This document shows, in pieces, positions 54,682 to 64,000 of a DNA stretch of 64,000 nucleotides (position 1 is the stretch's first letter; each line of letters begins with the position of its first letter). A model generated the notes under the pieces. That model was not told the DNA's origin. It did no database searches and was given only the letters and a program-made list of their open reading frames with translations. The stretch is from Candidatus Levyibacteriota bacterium (GTDB taxonomy: Bacteria; Patescibacteriota; Microgenomatia; Levybacterales; UBA12049), in assembly GCA_016186645.1 (NCBI GenBank), contig JACPLF010000010.1, forward strand, positions 10,269 to 74,268. The letters run 5' to 3'. The translations under genes and the position numbers were made by a program.

Positions 54682-55865
54682 AAAAATTCTCATTCTCAAA
54701 CGTTGGATATCTAATTGCTGTAATTGGATTATTTTTTTATTCCTTTACTCAAGTTGATCTAAGTCTTACTTTGTCTCAGATATCCATATGGCAGGTATTT
54801 GAAAAGTTTTTTCAGCACATTGGTTATTTTCAAAGACCTCTTTCCGGTTGGTTATTCATTGGCACTGTATCTTTACTTTTTATTTTTTATCTGGCTATAC
54901 TTCGTGGCGTTCATAAAAAAAAGATTTCCAGAGAAACAATTTGGTTTTTAATTATCTCAACTGTAGTACTTTTGGCCTTTTCTTATAATGCATTTTCTTA
55001 TGATCTTTTCAATTATATTTTTGATGCAAAGATTGTAACCAACTACAATCTAAATCCGTACACACATAAGGCTTTAGATTTTCCTGGTGACCCAATGCTT
55101 TCTTTTATGCACTCGACTCACCGGCCATACCCTTATGGCCCGGTCTGGATATTGTTAACAGCTCCTCTGTCTTTTTTAGGTTTTGGATTTTTCTTGCCGA
55201 CTTTTCTTATTTTCAAAACTTTTATTGCAGCAAGTTTTTTAGGATCTAGTTATTTCTTAGAAAAGATTTTAAAGCAAGTAAAAATACAAGATGATTTATT
55301 TGCCCTATCTTTTTTCGCTCTTAATCCTCTTGTTATTGTTGAATCATTGGTTTCAGGACACAATGATATTGTTATGATTTTTTTATCATTATGGTCTTTG
55401 TATTTAATAATAAATAAAAAATATATTGGAGCATTTCTATTGTTAGTATTATCAATAGGAATAAAATTTGCAACCGTAATTTTATTGCCGGTATTTATCT
55501 ATATTTTGGTGAAACAATTAAAAAATAATGCAATCGATTTCAAGAAAATTTTCATGATTGCCTTTATCTCAATGTGCTCAGCTGTTACAATAACTTCATT
55601 CGCCTCCGGCATAAATAAAAATCCAGAGATTCAGCCTTGGTATTTTCTTATGGTTTTTCCTTTTGCGGCCCTTGTAGCTCATAAAAGGCTGATTGTTTTT
55701 CTTTCAATTTGCATATCTGTTGGAATGCTAATTTCGTATATTCCATATCTTTTGATGGGTGAGTGGCCAAAGGATATTGCTGAGCTAAAAGTAAAATTAT
55801 TGATTTTATCAATAGGTTTGGGATTTTTTCTTTACGCTATCAAAAGGAGGTTTCTGATAAAATAA
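54678..55865 (+). CDS. Polytopic membrane protein, GT-C-like (possibly DUF2029/GT87-related)
   Basis: About 10 TM; loop AFSYDLFNYIFDAKIVTNYNLNPYTHKALDFPGDPMLSF...YPYGPVW. Confidence 0.4.
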   Translation: MKKFSFSNVGYLIAVIGLFFYSFTQVDLSLTLSQISIWQVFEKFFQHIGYFQRPLSGWLFIGTVSLLFIFYLAILRGVHKKKISRETIWFLIISTVVLLAFSYNAFSYDLFNYIFDAKIVTNYNLNPYTHKALDFPGDPMLSFMHSTHRPYPYGPVWILLTAPLSFLGFGFFLPTFLIFKTFIAASFLGSSYFLEKILKQVKIQDDLFALSFFALNPLVIVESLVSGHNDIVMIFLSLWSLYLIINKKYIGAFLLLVLSIGIKFATVILLPVFIYILVKQLKNNAIDFKKIFMIAFISMCSAVTITSFASGINKNPEIQPWYFLMVFPFAALVAHKRLIVFLSICISVGMLISYIPYLLMGEWPKDIAELKVKLLILSIGLGFFLYAIKRRFLIK

Positions 55866-55869
55866 GTTT

Positions 55870-57393
55870 ATGGGTTTTATTAAGAAGTACAGAATTCAAA
55901 TTCTCGTTTTGGCAGCCTTAACGTTAATATATCTTGTCTCCAGATTCTACAGCATTTTGTCTTTACCCATATTTACTGATGAAGCAATTTATGTTAGGTG
56001 GGCGCAGATTGCAAAACAAGATGCCAACTGGCGATTCATTTCTCTAACCGATGGAAAGCAACCAATGTTTATTTGGCTAATGATGATCTCCTTGCGTTTC
56101 ATAGAAGATCCTTTGTTGGCCGGAAGAGTTGTTTCTGTGGGAGCTGGATTTCTCAGTCTAATTGGAATGTATTTCTTGGGAAGGGAATTGTTTAGGAGTA
56201 ACAAAATCGGATTGATTTCAAGCTCATTGTATGTCTTTTTTCCAATGAGTTTAGTATATGACAGGATGGCTTTGTACGACAGCCTTGTCGGAGCATTTGC
56301 TATCTGGGGGTTGTTTTTTATAGTTCTTCTGGTTCGGACAGTACGCCTAGACGTTGCGCTGATTCTTGGAATGGTAATAGGAGGAGGAGTCCTTACTAAG
56401 ACTAATGCCTTTTTCAATATCTATCTTCTTCCTTTTTCTCTAATTTTGTTTGATTGGCGGGGGAAGGGTATAAAGAATAGGCTAATGAGGTGGTTAGGTT
56501 TGACTGTTGTCGTACTAATAATTACTTATGCATTATATTCAGTCCTGCGACTTTCCCCCTTTTTCCATATAATAACTGAAAAAAATGCAATTTTTGTTTA
56601 TCCCCTGAAGGATTGGCTTAACCATCCTTTCGCTTTTTTTATCGGTAATTGGAAAGCTTTTTGGGATTGGACTATTAGATATTTAACGTGGCCGCTTCTT
56701 GCTCTTGCGCTTTTATCTTTTTTTGTTTCAAAATCTTTTTTTAGAGAAAAATTAATTCTTTTCTTTTGGTTTATTCTTCCGATTGTAGCTTTAGGCCTTT
56801 TTGGGAGAACTCTTTATCCTCGTTTTATTTTCTTCATGCTGCTTCCGCTTTTGCCTCTTATTGCATTTTCCTTAGTTAATATTTCCAAGCGATTAAAGAA
56901 AACTTATTTATTGATAATTTTTCTTGTTTTATCTTTTGCTTTACCTCTCAAAACAGATTTTCTGATACTTACTGATTTTGCTAAGGCCTATATTCCTGTT
57001 TCCGATCAGAGGCAATATCTAAGTGATTGGCCGGCGGGCGGAGGAGTCAAGGATGCTGTTGAGTTTTTTAAAAAAGAAGCAGAAAAGGGAAAAATTTATG
57101 TAGCAACTCAAGGGACTTTTGGATTAATGCCATTCGCATTAGAAATTTATTTGGTGCAAAATCCCAACATAACAATTGAAGGGATATGGCCAGTAGAAGA
57201 CGTTATCCCTCAAAGAGTTCTTGAGAAAAGTAAGCAAATGCCGACATATTTTGTTTTTTACCAGCCCTGCATGATAAAAACTTGCCCTTTTATAGGAGAG
57301 GCGCCGACGACATGGAAAAATTTAGAGCTTATTCAGCAATACAGAAAAGGCTATGGTAAAAGATTTTTCTCTTTGTACAAAGTAATGCCATGA
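55870..57393 (+). CDS. GT-C glycosyltransferase (GT39/PMT_2/ArnT-like)
   Basis: First loop LPIFTDEAIYVRWAQ (DE motif); about 11 TM. Confidence 0.6.
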   Translation: MGFIKKYRIQILVLAALTLIYLVSRFYSILSLPIFTDEAIYVRWAQIAKQDANWRFISLTDGKQPMFIWLMMISLRFIEDPLLAGRVVSVGAGFLSLIGMYFLGRELFRSNKIGLISSSLYVFFPMSLVYDRMALYDSLVGAFAIWGLFFIVLLVRTVRLDVALILGMVIGGGVLTKTNAFFNIYLLPFSLILFDWRGKGIKNRLMRWLGLTVVVLIITYALYSVLRLSPFFHIITEKNAIFVYPLKDWLNHPFAFFIGNWKAFWDWTIRYLTWPLLALALLSFFVSKSFFREKLILFFWFILPIVALGLFGRTLYPRFIFFMLLPLLPLIAFSLVNISKRLKKTYLLIIFLVLSFALPLKTDFLILTDFAKAYIPVSDQRQYLSDWPAGGGVKDAVEFFKKEAEKGKIYVATQGTFGLMPFALEIYLVQNPNITIEGIWPVEDVIPQRVLEKSKQMPTYFVFYQPCMIKTCPFIGEAPTTWKNLELIQQYRKGYGKRFFSLYKVMP

Positions 57394-59021
57394 GGTTTTT
57401 CCGCTATTATCTTTTAGTTCTTATCTTATCTTGTCTGCCGTTTATCGGTATTTTTTTAACCTCACTTTTGCCTCATACCCATGATGGTTTGGTTCACCTG
57501 GCAAGAATAGGGGCATATTTTAAAGCACTTTCAGATGGGCAAATTCCGGTTAGGTGGGCCGGGGATCTCAATTACGGGTATGGAATGCCACTTTTTAATT
57601 TTATGTACCATGTTCCATACATTATTTCTTCTTTTTTTGTCTTTTTGGGAGCAGGGCTGGTAAGTGCTTTCAAGATTGCTCTTGTTTTGAGTTTTATATT
57701 GTCGGGAATTTTTATGTTTGGATTTTCCTTAAGTTTTTTTAAAGACATAAAAAAAGCTTTTTTGGTCACACTTTTTTATCAATTTTTCCCTTTCAGACTT
57801 GTTGAAATTTTAATTAGGGGAAGTTTTGGAGAAGTATACGCCTATGCTTTTTTTCCTCTTGTTCTATGGGGAATAGTATTGCTTTCCAAAAAAGTTAACT
57901 TTAAAAATATTTCAGTAACATCTTTAGGAACAGCATTGCTTATACTTTCTCATAACGCTTTAAGTCTGGTATTTTTTTCAATCTGCATTATTTTTATATT
58001 ATTCTTTGCAGGGAAACCCAAAAATTATATCTATCCATTTTTTGCACTTTTTCTAGGTCTTCTTTTGGCCGCATTTTATTGGATTCCTGCAATTTTTGAA
58101 CACAACTATACATATGGAGATTTATTTATGAAAGATTTATACACCACCCACTTTCCTCCAATTCAGAATTTTTTTATTCCCAACTTTCTTAATAATTCAG
58201 TCTTGCAAACAGGAGGAATATCTATTCAAATTGGTTTGTTTCATACGCTAGTTTTTGCCTTAGGAATCTTCGCCCTTTTTTCTAAAAAAATCGCAAAGTT
58301 CGACAAAAGATTAACTATTTTTTGTCTTTGTATTTTTGCTGGTGCCCTATTTATAATGCAGCCAATTTCAATTTTCCTTTGGGAGAAAATATCTCTTCTT
58401 CGCCAATTTCAATTTTCTTGGAGACTTCTTTCTGTTATTGGTTTTGCAACATCCCTTATGGCAATTTCAATATTTTATTTTGGTTTTTTCAAGAAAAAAA
58501 TTATTTATTTTTCGCTGCTTTTCTTATTAATTTTCTCGACCTTTTATTATTGGAAACCAGTTCTGGGATGGGATAAGATTGACGAAAAATATTATTGGAA
58601 TTTTCCTCTTACAACAACCTATTTTGGAGAGACGGATCTAATATGGTCGGAAGGTCCTGCCAAAAAGTATCCGCTTCATAGAGTTGAAGTGATTGACGGA
58701 AAAGGAGTTGTTAGTCAGTTGGTAAAAAAATCTAATATTCTTACCTTTAAGACTGATAATGAAACTCCAATCAAAGTCGTAACCCACATTCAATATTTTC
58801 CCGGCTGGAGAGCGTTCGTTGATGATAAGCAAGTATCAATTGAGTTTCAGTACGGAATCTATAGGGGACATATTGTTTTTGAAATTCCTATTGGCCAGCA
58901 TGAAGTAAAACTTTCTTTTGGAGAAAGTAGGATAAGATTTATCGCGGATATGCTGACAGTAATTGGGTTTGTATTTTTAATCTCCGTAGGGTTTTTGCTT
59001 AAATATTTTAAGAAAACATGA
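57390..59021 (+). CDS. GT-C-like polytopic membrane protein (paralog of the 63018+ gene)
   Basis: First loop LPHTHDGLVHLARIGAYFKALSDGQIPVRWAGDLNYGYGMPLFNFMYH. Start codon overlaps the preceding stop. Confidence 0.5.
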   Translation: MRFFRYYLLVLILSCLPFIGIFLTSLLPHTHDGLVHLARIGAYFKALSDGQIPVRWAGDLNYGYGMPLFNFMYHVPYIISSFFVFLGAGLVSAFKIALVLSFILSGIFMFGFSLSFFKDIKKAFLVTLFYQFFPFRLVEILIRGSFGEVYAYAFFPLVLWGIVLLSKKVNFKNISVTSLGTALLILSHNALSLVFFSICIIFILFFAGKPKNYIYPFFALFLGLLLAAFYWIPAIFEHNYTYGDLFMKDLYTTHFPPIQNFFIPNFLNNSVLQTGGISIQIGLFHTLVFALGIFALFSKKIAKFDKRLTIFCLCIFAGALFIMQPISIFLWEKISLLRQFQFSWRLLSVIGFATSLMAISIFYFGFFKKKIIYFSLLFLLIFSTFYYWKPVLGWDKIDEKYYWNFPLTTTYFGETDLIWSEGPAKKYPLHRVEVIDGKGVVSQLVKKSNILTFKTDNETPIKVVTHIQYFPGWRAFVDDKQVSIEFQYGIYRGHIVFEIPIGQHEVKLSFGESRIRFIADMLTVIGFVFLISVGFLLKYFKKT

Positions 59022-61360
59022 AAATAAAAAATATTTTTCTGGCCATTTTGCTTTTTTCCGTAATCATTTTCGGTTTTTTTTACAAGACTGCATTTAATAA
59101 ATACGTCCCTTTTCCCGGAGATCTTTTGGTTTCCGAATATAACCCTTGGAAAGCATATTCTTTTTTGGGCTACAATCCAGGGTCGTATCCCAATAAAGCT
59201 CAGTATTTTGATGTATTAAGGCAAATTTATCCGTGGAAAACATTTTCAATAGATTCTCTTAAGAATGGTGTTTTGCCTTTGTGGAATCCATATAATTTTT
59301 CGGGATCTCCGCTTCTGGCTAATTTCCAATCCTCTGTATTTTATCCTTTTAACTTTTTATATTTTTTACTGCCCCAAATCTGGGCATGGAGCACCATAGT
59401 TATCCTTCAGCCTTTCCTAGCACTGGTATTTACGTTTTTATATACAAGAAAAATAGGAATAAGTCGGGCTGGGTCAATTTTAGCAAGTACGTCTTTTGCT
59501 TTTTCTTCCTTCATGACTGTTTGGCTTGAGTACAATACGATTGGACATGTAATATTATGGCTTCCTTTAATCTTATTGTCTTTAGAGAAACTTTTTGAAA
59601 AAAGATCTGCAATCTGGTCACTTATTTTAGTTCTTTCTCTTGCATCTTCACTTTTTGCAGGACACATACAGATCTTTGTCTATCTATTCTTTTTCACTTT
59701 CCTTTATTCTTTTGCAAGAAAAAAAATATCTTTATTTTTAATATTTTTATTTATCTTGTCTTTGGGGATAGGCGCTGTTCAGCTTATTCCTGGAATTGAA
59801 TTGATATTGCAGTCTGCACGAAGTGCTCATTCATATGACTTAATAGTTAACAAAATCCTAATCCAGCCTTGGCAGCTTGCCATGCTGTTTGTTCCCGATC
59901 TTTTTGGAAATCCGGCAACGCGTAATTATTTTATACAGGATACTTATGTCGGGGATGTAATTTACGTGGGTTTAATACCATTATTATTTTCCATATTTGC
60001 AATTTTCAATGTCAGAAACTCTTTCGTAAAACTTTTTTCCGCTGCTGCTTTTATTCTTTTTATTTTAATAACTCTTAATCCTTTAACTCAATTGATTTAT
60101 AAAATAAATATACCTTTTATTTCCTCAAGCGCATCAAATCTTTTGGTATTTTTAATTTGTTTTTCATTAAGTGTTCTTTGTGGCTTTGGAGTTGATCAGT
60201 TTATTAAAAATAGATATCCGCTAAAAAGTAGTCTCAAATTTTTAGGATCTTTTGTTTTAATTTTCTCTATTTTATGGTTGACGGTTTTAGTCTTTTCCAA
60301 TCTTCCTCTCTCCTCACGTAACCTTATTTATTCAACGATTCTATTTATTGTAGCTTTAGTTTTATTCCTTGCCGCAGTTGTTAATAATAGAATTAAATAT
60401 CTTGTCGTAATACTCTTAATTCTTATCAGCATCTTTGATCTATGGAGATTTTTTCAGAAATTTAATCCTTTTTCGCCTATCGAATTTACAATGCCTACTA
60501 CTCCCATTCTCGATTTTATAAAGAAAAATAATGGGATAAATAGATTCTGGGGATATGGAAGCGGGACTATTGAAGCCAATTTTGCCACACAATATTCAAT
60601 TTTTTCAACTGATGGCTACGATCCTTTGTATCCAAAAAGATATGGTGAATTTATTCAGTCATCCAAAGATGGAAAAATTCAAACACAATTTACTGCCCAA
60701 ACCCGTTCAGACGCATTTGTTGTGCCAGGGTTTGGTGAGACTGATCTAATAGCGAATGAGTCGCGATTAAAGGTTCTCGACCTTTTAGGAGCTAAATACA
60801 TTTTAGATAAAAAAGAAAATGCCAGTACTCAAAAAACGTTTCCCCTAGATAGGTTTTCCTTAGTTTATGAACAAGATGGATGGAAAATTTTTGAGAATAA
60901 GAAAGCATTGCCGCGGGCATTCCTGGTCTCGGATTACAAGGTGGCAAAAAATTCTTCAGAATTTGAAAAGATATTTTTTGCCAAAGATTTCGACTCCTCA
61001 AAGACAATAATTTTAGAAGAAGATTTGAAAGATCAGTACTTCGATAATTCAAATCATCTAAGCGACGTTCAGACAATATTCTACGGCCCAAACGAAATTC
61101 AATTTAAAACAAATACCGATGGGAAGCATCTGCTTTTTCTCTCAGATACTTATTATCCCGGCTGGGAAGCTTATGTCGATAGCAATGATGCCAAAATATA
61201 CAGAGCAGATTATGCGTTCAGGGCAGTAATAATTCCTTCGGGAAGTCACAGTGTGAAGTTTGTTTATAATCCTATATCTTTTAAGATTGGATATATCATT
61301 TCCTTGATCAGCTTAGCTTTGTTAGGGATTACGCTTTTGACTGTAAAAAAGAAGCTGTAG
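59018..61360 (+). CDS. Large GT-C-like membrane protein (YfhO-like)
   Basis: N-terminal FPGDLLVSEYNPW...LPLWNPYNFSGSPLLANFQSSVFYPFN, many TMs, about 230-aa C-terminal extracytoplasmic domain. Confidence 0.5.
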   Translation: MKIKNIFLAILLFSVIIFGFFYKTAFNKYVPFPGDLLVSEYNPWKAYSFLGYNPGSYPNKAQYFDVLRQIYPWKTFSIDSLKNGVLPLWNPYNFSGSPLLANFQSSVFYPFNFLYFLLPQIWAWSTIVILQPFLALVFTFLYTRKIGISRAGSILASTSFAFSSFMTVWLEYNTIGHVILWLPLILLSLEKLFEKRSAIWSLILVLSLASSLFAGHIQIFVYLFFFTFLYSFARKKISLFLIFLFILSLGIGAVQLIPGIELILQSARSAHSYDLIVNKILIQPWQLAMLFVPDLFGNPATRNYFIQDTYVGDVIYVGLIPLLFSIFAIFNVRNSFVKLFSAAAFILFILITLNPLTQLIYKINIPFISSSASNLLVFLICFSLSVLCGFGVDQFIKNRYPLKSSLKFLGSFVLIFSILWLTVLVFSNLPLSSRNLIYSTILFIVALVLFLAAVVNNRIKYLVVILLILISIFDLWRFFQKFNPFSPIEFTMPTTPILDFIKKNNGINRFWGYGSGTIEANFATQYSIFSTDGYDPLYPKRYGEFIQSSKDGKIQTQFTAQTRSDAFVVPGFGETDLIANESRLKVLDLLGAKYILDKKENASTQKTFPLDRFSLVYEQDGWKIFENKKALPRAFLVSDYKVAKNSSEFEKIFFAKDFDSSKTIILEEDLKDQYFDNSNHLSDVQTIFYGPNEIQFKTNTDGKHLLFLSDTYYPGWEAYVDSNDAKIYRADYAFRAVIIPSGSHSVKFVYNPISFKIGYIISLISLALLGITLLTVKKKL

Positions 61361-61380
61361 GCTATATAATATAAGCATAG

Positions 61381-63021
61381 ATGAGCAAAAAAGTCGTATT
61401 TATCTTTCTTGCAGTATTGTTGGTTGCTTCTGTTTTCAGACTCTACGAATTAATTGATATTCCACCAGGAGTTAATCGTGACGAAGCATCAATCGGTTAT
61501 ACTGCATATTCGATATTGCATACAGGTAAGGATGAGTATGGAAAACTCTTTCCGCTATCTTTTCAATCTTTTGGTGATTGGAAATTACCTTTATATATTT
61601 ATACAGTAGTTCCTTTTGTTTCTGTTTTTGGACTGAGTGAATTAGCGGTTAGATTGCCATCTGCAATCATTGGCATTTTATCAGTAGCTCTTACTTTTTA
61701 TTTAGTAAAAATTCTTTTCAAAAATAACCTGCTTGCTCTTATTGCAATGTTTTTGGCTGCGGTCTCTTCCTGGAGCGTTCATTTATCCAGAGTAGAATCA
61801 GAGTCTAACACTGCTGTTTTCCTTACGCTCTTAGGAACTATTCTCTTTCTAAAGAGTTTTAAAGAAAAGAAATGGTTGATTATTCCAAGCGCTTTTTGTT
61901 TCGCTTTAACGTACTTTACCTATGCCGGAAATCATATTTTCACAACCTTTTTTGTTGCAGGATTAGTATTCTTTTATCGCGATCAAATTAAGCAAACTCG
62001 ATTAAATCTTATAGCTTTTTTTATTTTTTTAAGTTTGTCTGGGCTTATTTTTTACCAGACACTTTTTAGCGCAAGTACGACAAAATTATCAGGTATAAGT
62101 ATTTTTGGAGATCCATCAGTTATTCATGCAAAAATTGAAATTCCCCGAAATGAACATACAGATTCCCAGTCTCTTTTTGCAAGAATTACGCATAATAAAA
62201 TAGTTTTTGCGGGAGAAAGAATTGCTCAAAACTACCTTAACTCGTTCTCTCCTTCATTCCTGTTTATAAAGGGCGGAGATAATAACGCGCATAATATTGC
62301 AAATTTTGGCAACATGTATATTGTTGAAGCACCTTTCCTTTTCTTGGGATTGATTTACCTTCTTGCTATAAGAAAGGGTAGAGAAAAAAAACTTCTGATG
62401 TTGTGGTTTTTCATTGCACCTATTGCCGTAAGCATAACTAAAGACGCGCCCCATACAAACAGAATGTTTGCCATATTTCCAGCACTTCAATTGGTTACAG
62501 CTTTTGGGATATGGTGGACGATTAGCGAGTTGATCAAAAAGGACGCTTTTAAAAAAATATTTATAGCTGTTGTTGCATTTTTATTCTTGATAAATGTCGC
62601 CGTATACATAGACAGATATTTTATTCATTTTCCAAGAAACGAAGTAAGGAATTGGGGATTGGGATATAAAAAACTGGATGAGGTTTTATCCAAGCCTGAA
62701 TTTGTTAATAAAAAAATTATTATATCAAGACCTAAATATTCTCCTTACATTTACTTACTTTTTTACAATCCTTATGACCCCAGCAAATATCAAAAAGAAG
62801 TAAAAAGATATCCTCCAACACAGGATGGATTTGTAGATGTAAAAGGATTTGGAAGGTATGAATTTAGAGGGATTGATTGGGGAAAAGATATTCAAACGCC
62901 CAACACTCTGATTGTTGATTGGTCTTCAGATGTTCCTGCATCTGTAAAACAAGCTTTCCATAAGGAAGATATCATACTTCCAAATGACGAATTTATGTTT
63001 ACGATTATTGAAACGCGATGA
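61381..63021 (+). CDS. GT-C glycosyltransferase (GT39/PMT_2/ArnT-like)
   Basis: First loop NRDEASIGYTAYSILHTGKDEYGKLFPLSF is the classic ArnT/PMT Asp-Glu loop; about 12 TM. Confidence 0.65.
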   Translation: MSKKVVFIFLAVLLVASVFRLYELIDIPPGVNRDEASIGYTAYSILHTGKDEYGKLFPLSFQSFGDWKLPLYIYTVVPFVSVFGLSELAVRLPSAIIGILSVALTFYLVKILFKNNLLALIAMFLAAVSSWSVHLSRVESESNTAVFLTLLGTILFLKSFKEKKWLIIPSAFCFALTYFTYAGNHIFTTFFVAGLVFFYRDQIKQTRLNLIAFFIFLSLSGLIFYQTLFSASTTKLSGISIFGDPSVIHAKIEIPRNEHTDSQSLFARITHNKIVFAGERIAQNYLNSFSPSFLFIKGGDNNAHNIANFGNMYIVEAPFLFLGLIYLLAIRKGREKKLLMLWFFIAPIAVSITKDAPHTNRMFAIFPALQLVTAFGIWWTISELIKKDAFKKIFIAVVAFLFLINVAVYIDRYFIHFPRNEVRNWGLGYKKLDEVLSKPEFVNKKIIISRPKYSPYIYLLFYNPYDPSKYQKEVKRYPPTQDGFVDVKGFGRYEFRGIDWGKDIQTPNTLIVDWSSDVPASVKQAFHKEDIILPNDEFMFTIIETR

Positions 63022-64000
63022 AAAAAAATATTCTTCTGATTCTTATTTTGATTATTTTTTCTATACCCGCAATACTTCCTCTTTTTAATAAGGGTTTTTT
63101 CCAAAGCGATGACGGAGAATGGATGATTATAAGAGCGGCATCCTTTTATTCAGCACTTGCGGATGGACAATTCCCTGTTAGATATTTATCTAGTCTTAAT
63201 TATGGGTATGGATATCCTGTTGCTAATTTTCTATATCCGGGATTTATGTATTTAGCTGTTCCAATTCATATTTTGAGTTTTGGTTTTGTGGATACGATTA
63301 AAATTATCTTAGGACTTTCCATGGTTGGTTCTGCTGTCTTTTCTTTCCTCTGGCTTTCAAAAATATTTAATAAATTTTCTGCATTTGTTGGATCGATATA
63401 CTATCTATATATGCCATATCACTTATTTGATCTTTATAAAAGGGGATCTGTTGGAGAAATTCTTGCGTTGGCAATTGTTCCTTTTATCTTGTGGCAAATT
63501 GAGAGAAAAAGTTTTTTCTGGACTATCTTGGGAATATCATGTCTTATTCCCGCTCACAATACCCTAGCTCTTTTGTTTTTCCCAATTGTCATTTTTTATT
63601 TGGCTAGAAAATTCTCTGTCCGCGACACTTTATACACACTAATTATCAGTCTTGGCATGTCCTGTTTCTTCTGGATTCCCGCTCTTTTTGATTTACAATA
63701 TACAATTTTTTCTAGAACAAAAGTATCTGAATGGCAAAACTATTTTGCAGACATAAATGTTATCAGTTATTTGTCGTTAATTATCCTTGCTATAGGTATT
63801 GGGATGGCAGCAAAAAAGAAAGTTTTGGGTGCAGCTCTCTTTCTCTTAATTGTAGGATTAATATCTTTATTTTTATCAACTTCAGGTAGTAGTTTTATTT
63901 GGCAAGCACTTCCCATATCGTTTGTACAATTTCCTTTTAGATTTTTATCAGTAGAAATCTTGACCGTTTCATATTTAGCGAGTTTTATTTTGTCTAGTAT
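63018..64000 (+). CDS. GT-C-like polytopic membrane protein, 3'-partial at window edge (paralog of 57390..59021)
   Basis: SDDGEWMIIRAASFYSALADGQFPVRYLSSLNYGYGYPVANFLYPGF is parallel to the 57390 paralog. ATGA start/stop overlap with the previous gene. Confidence 0.5.
   Translation, partial: MKKNILLILILIIFSIPAILPLFNKGFFQSDDGEWMIIRAASFYSALADGQFPVRYLSSLNYGYGYPVANFLYPGFMYLAVPIHILSFGFVDTIKIILGLSMVGSAVFSFLWLSKIFNKFSAFVGSIYYLYMPYHLFDLYKRGSVGEILALAIVPFILWQIERKSFFWTILGISCLIPAHNTLALLFFPIVIFYLARKFSVRDTLYTLIISLGMSCFFWIPALFDLQYTIFSRTKVSEWQNYFADINVISYLSLIILAIGIGMAAKKKVLGAALFLLIVGLISLFLSTSGSSFIWQALPISFVQFPFRFLSVEILTVSYLASFILSS

Noticed and set aside
1-64000. Search for CRISPR arrays, cas genes, rRNA, tmRNA and SRP RNA
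   Set aside because: No regularly spaced 25-40 bp direct repeats with unique spacers. No GGUUCGA-containing tmRNA acceptor/tag region apart from the two tRNAs. No GGAAGGAAGCAGC SRP domain-IV motif. No rRNA-like conserved blocks.

Overview
This 64 kb window is AT-rich, gene-dense and mostly on the + strand. Gene content is housekeeping plus cell-envelope glycosylation. The proteins are small and single-domain, there are two polyprenol-phosphate sugar synthase + GT-C glycosyltransferase loci (one a tandem array of six GT-C paralogs), RF2 is present (standard genetic code), and a TsaC-TsaB fusion occurs. By inference this points to a reduced-genome bacterium of the Patescibacteria/CPR type; that is not proven.

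Clear calls from translated motifs:
- two-component pair (histidine kinase + CheY-like receiver), family-4/5 uracil-DNA glycosylase, MGMT-type PCHR domain, MazG-like pyrophosphatase
- prfB
- ftsE-ftsX-M23(EnvC-like)
- t6A genes: tsaE, tsaC::tsaB fusion
- nucleotide-sugar cluster: rmlA-like, Nudix, rmlB, rmlD, ugd, gmd, uxs
- GT2(Dpm1/ArnC-like)-GtrA fusion followed by an ArnT-like GT-C
- secD/secF, metK, CCA enzyme, recJ, aspS, D-Ala-D-Ala carboxypeptidase, gltX, dgkA, DEAD-box helicase, GT4 (MshA/BshA-like), histidine phosphatase, obg, thermonuclease, pterin dehydratase, corA, lon
- tRNA-Gln(CUG) and tRNA-Glu(CUC)

Most interesting observations:
1. An ~820 bp insertion between rmlB and rmlD. 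It carries a TrpR/YerC-like HTH gene exactly bracketed by 24-bp direct repeats, a GC-rich multi-hairpin candidate ncRNA, and a degenerate duplicate of the rmlD 5' end at its far border.
2. A second TrpR/YerC-like paralog bracketed by two copies of a perfect 14-bp palindrome, next to metK.
3. An IS200/IS605-family (RAYT-like) HuH transposase gene with identical hairpin motifs on both flanks.
4. In-frame heptamer tandem repeats (TCTCAAA / TCTCAAC / TTTGAAC-type units) embedded as linkers or extensions in tsaC::tsaB, cca and recJ (three times).
5. A tandem array of six GT-C membrane glycosyltransferase paralogs behind an Alg5-like GT2.
6. A small islet downstream of tRNA-Gln: a membrane protein, an Xis-like HTH and a nuclease.

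No CRISPR array, cas genes, rRNA, or recognisable tmRNA / RNase P / SRP RNA were found.
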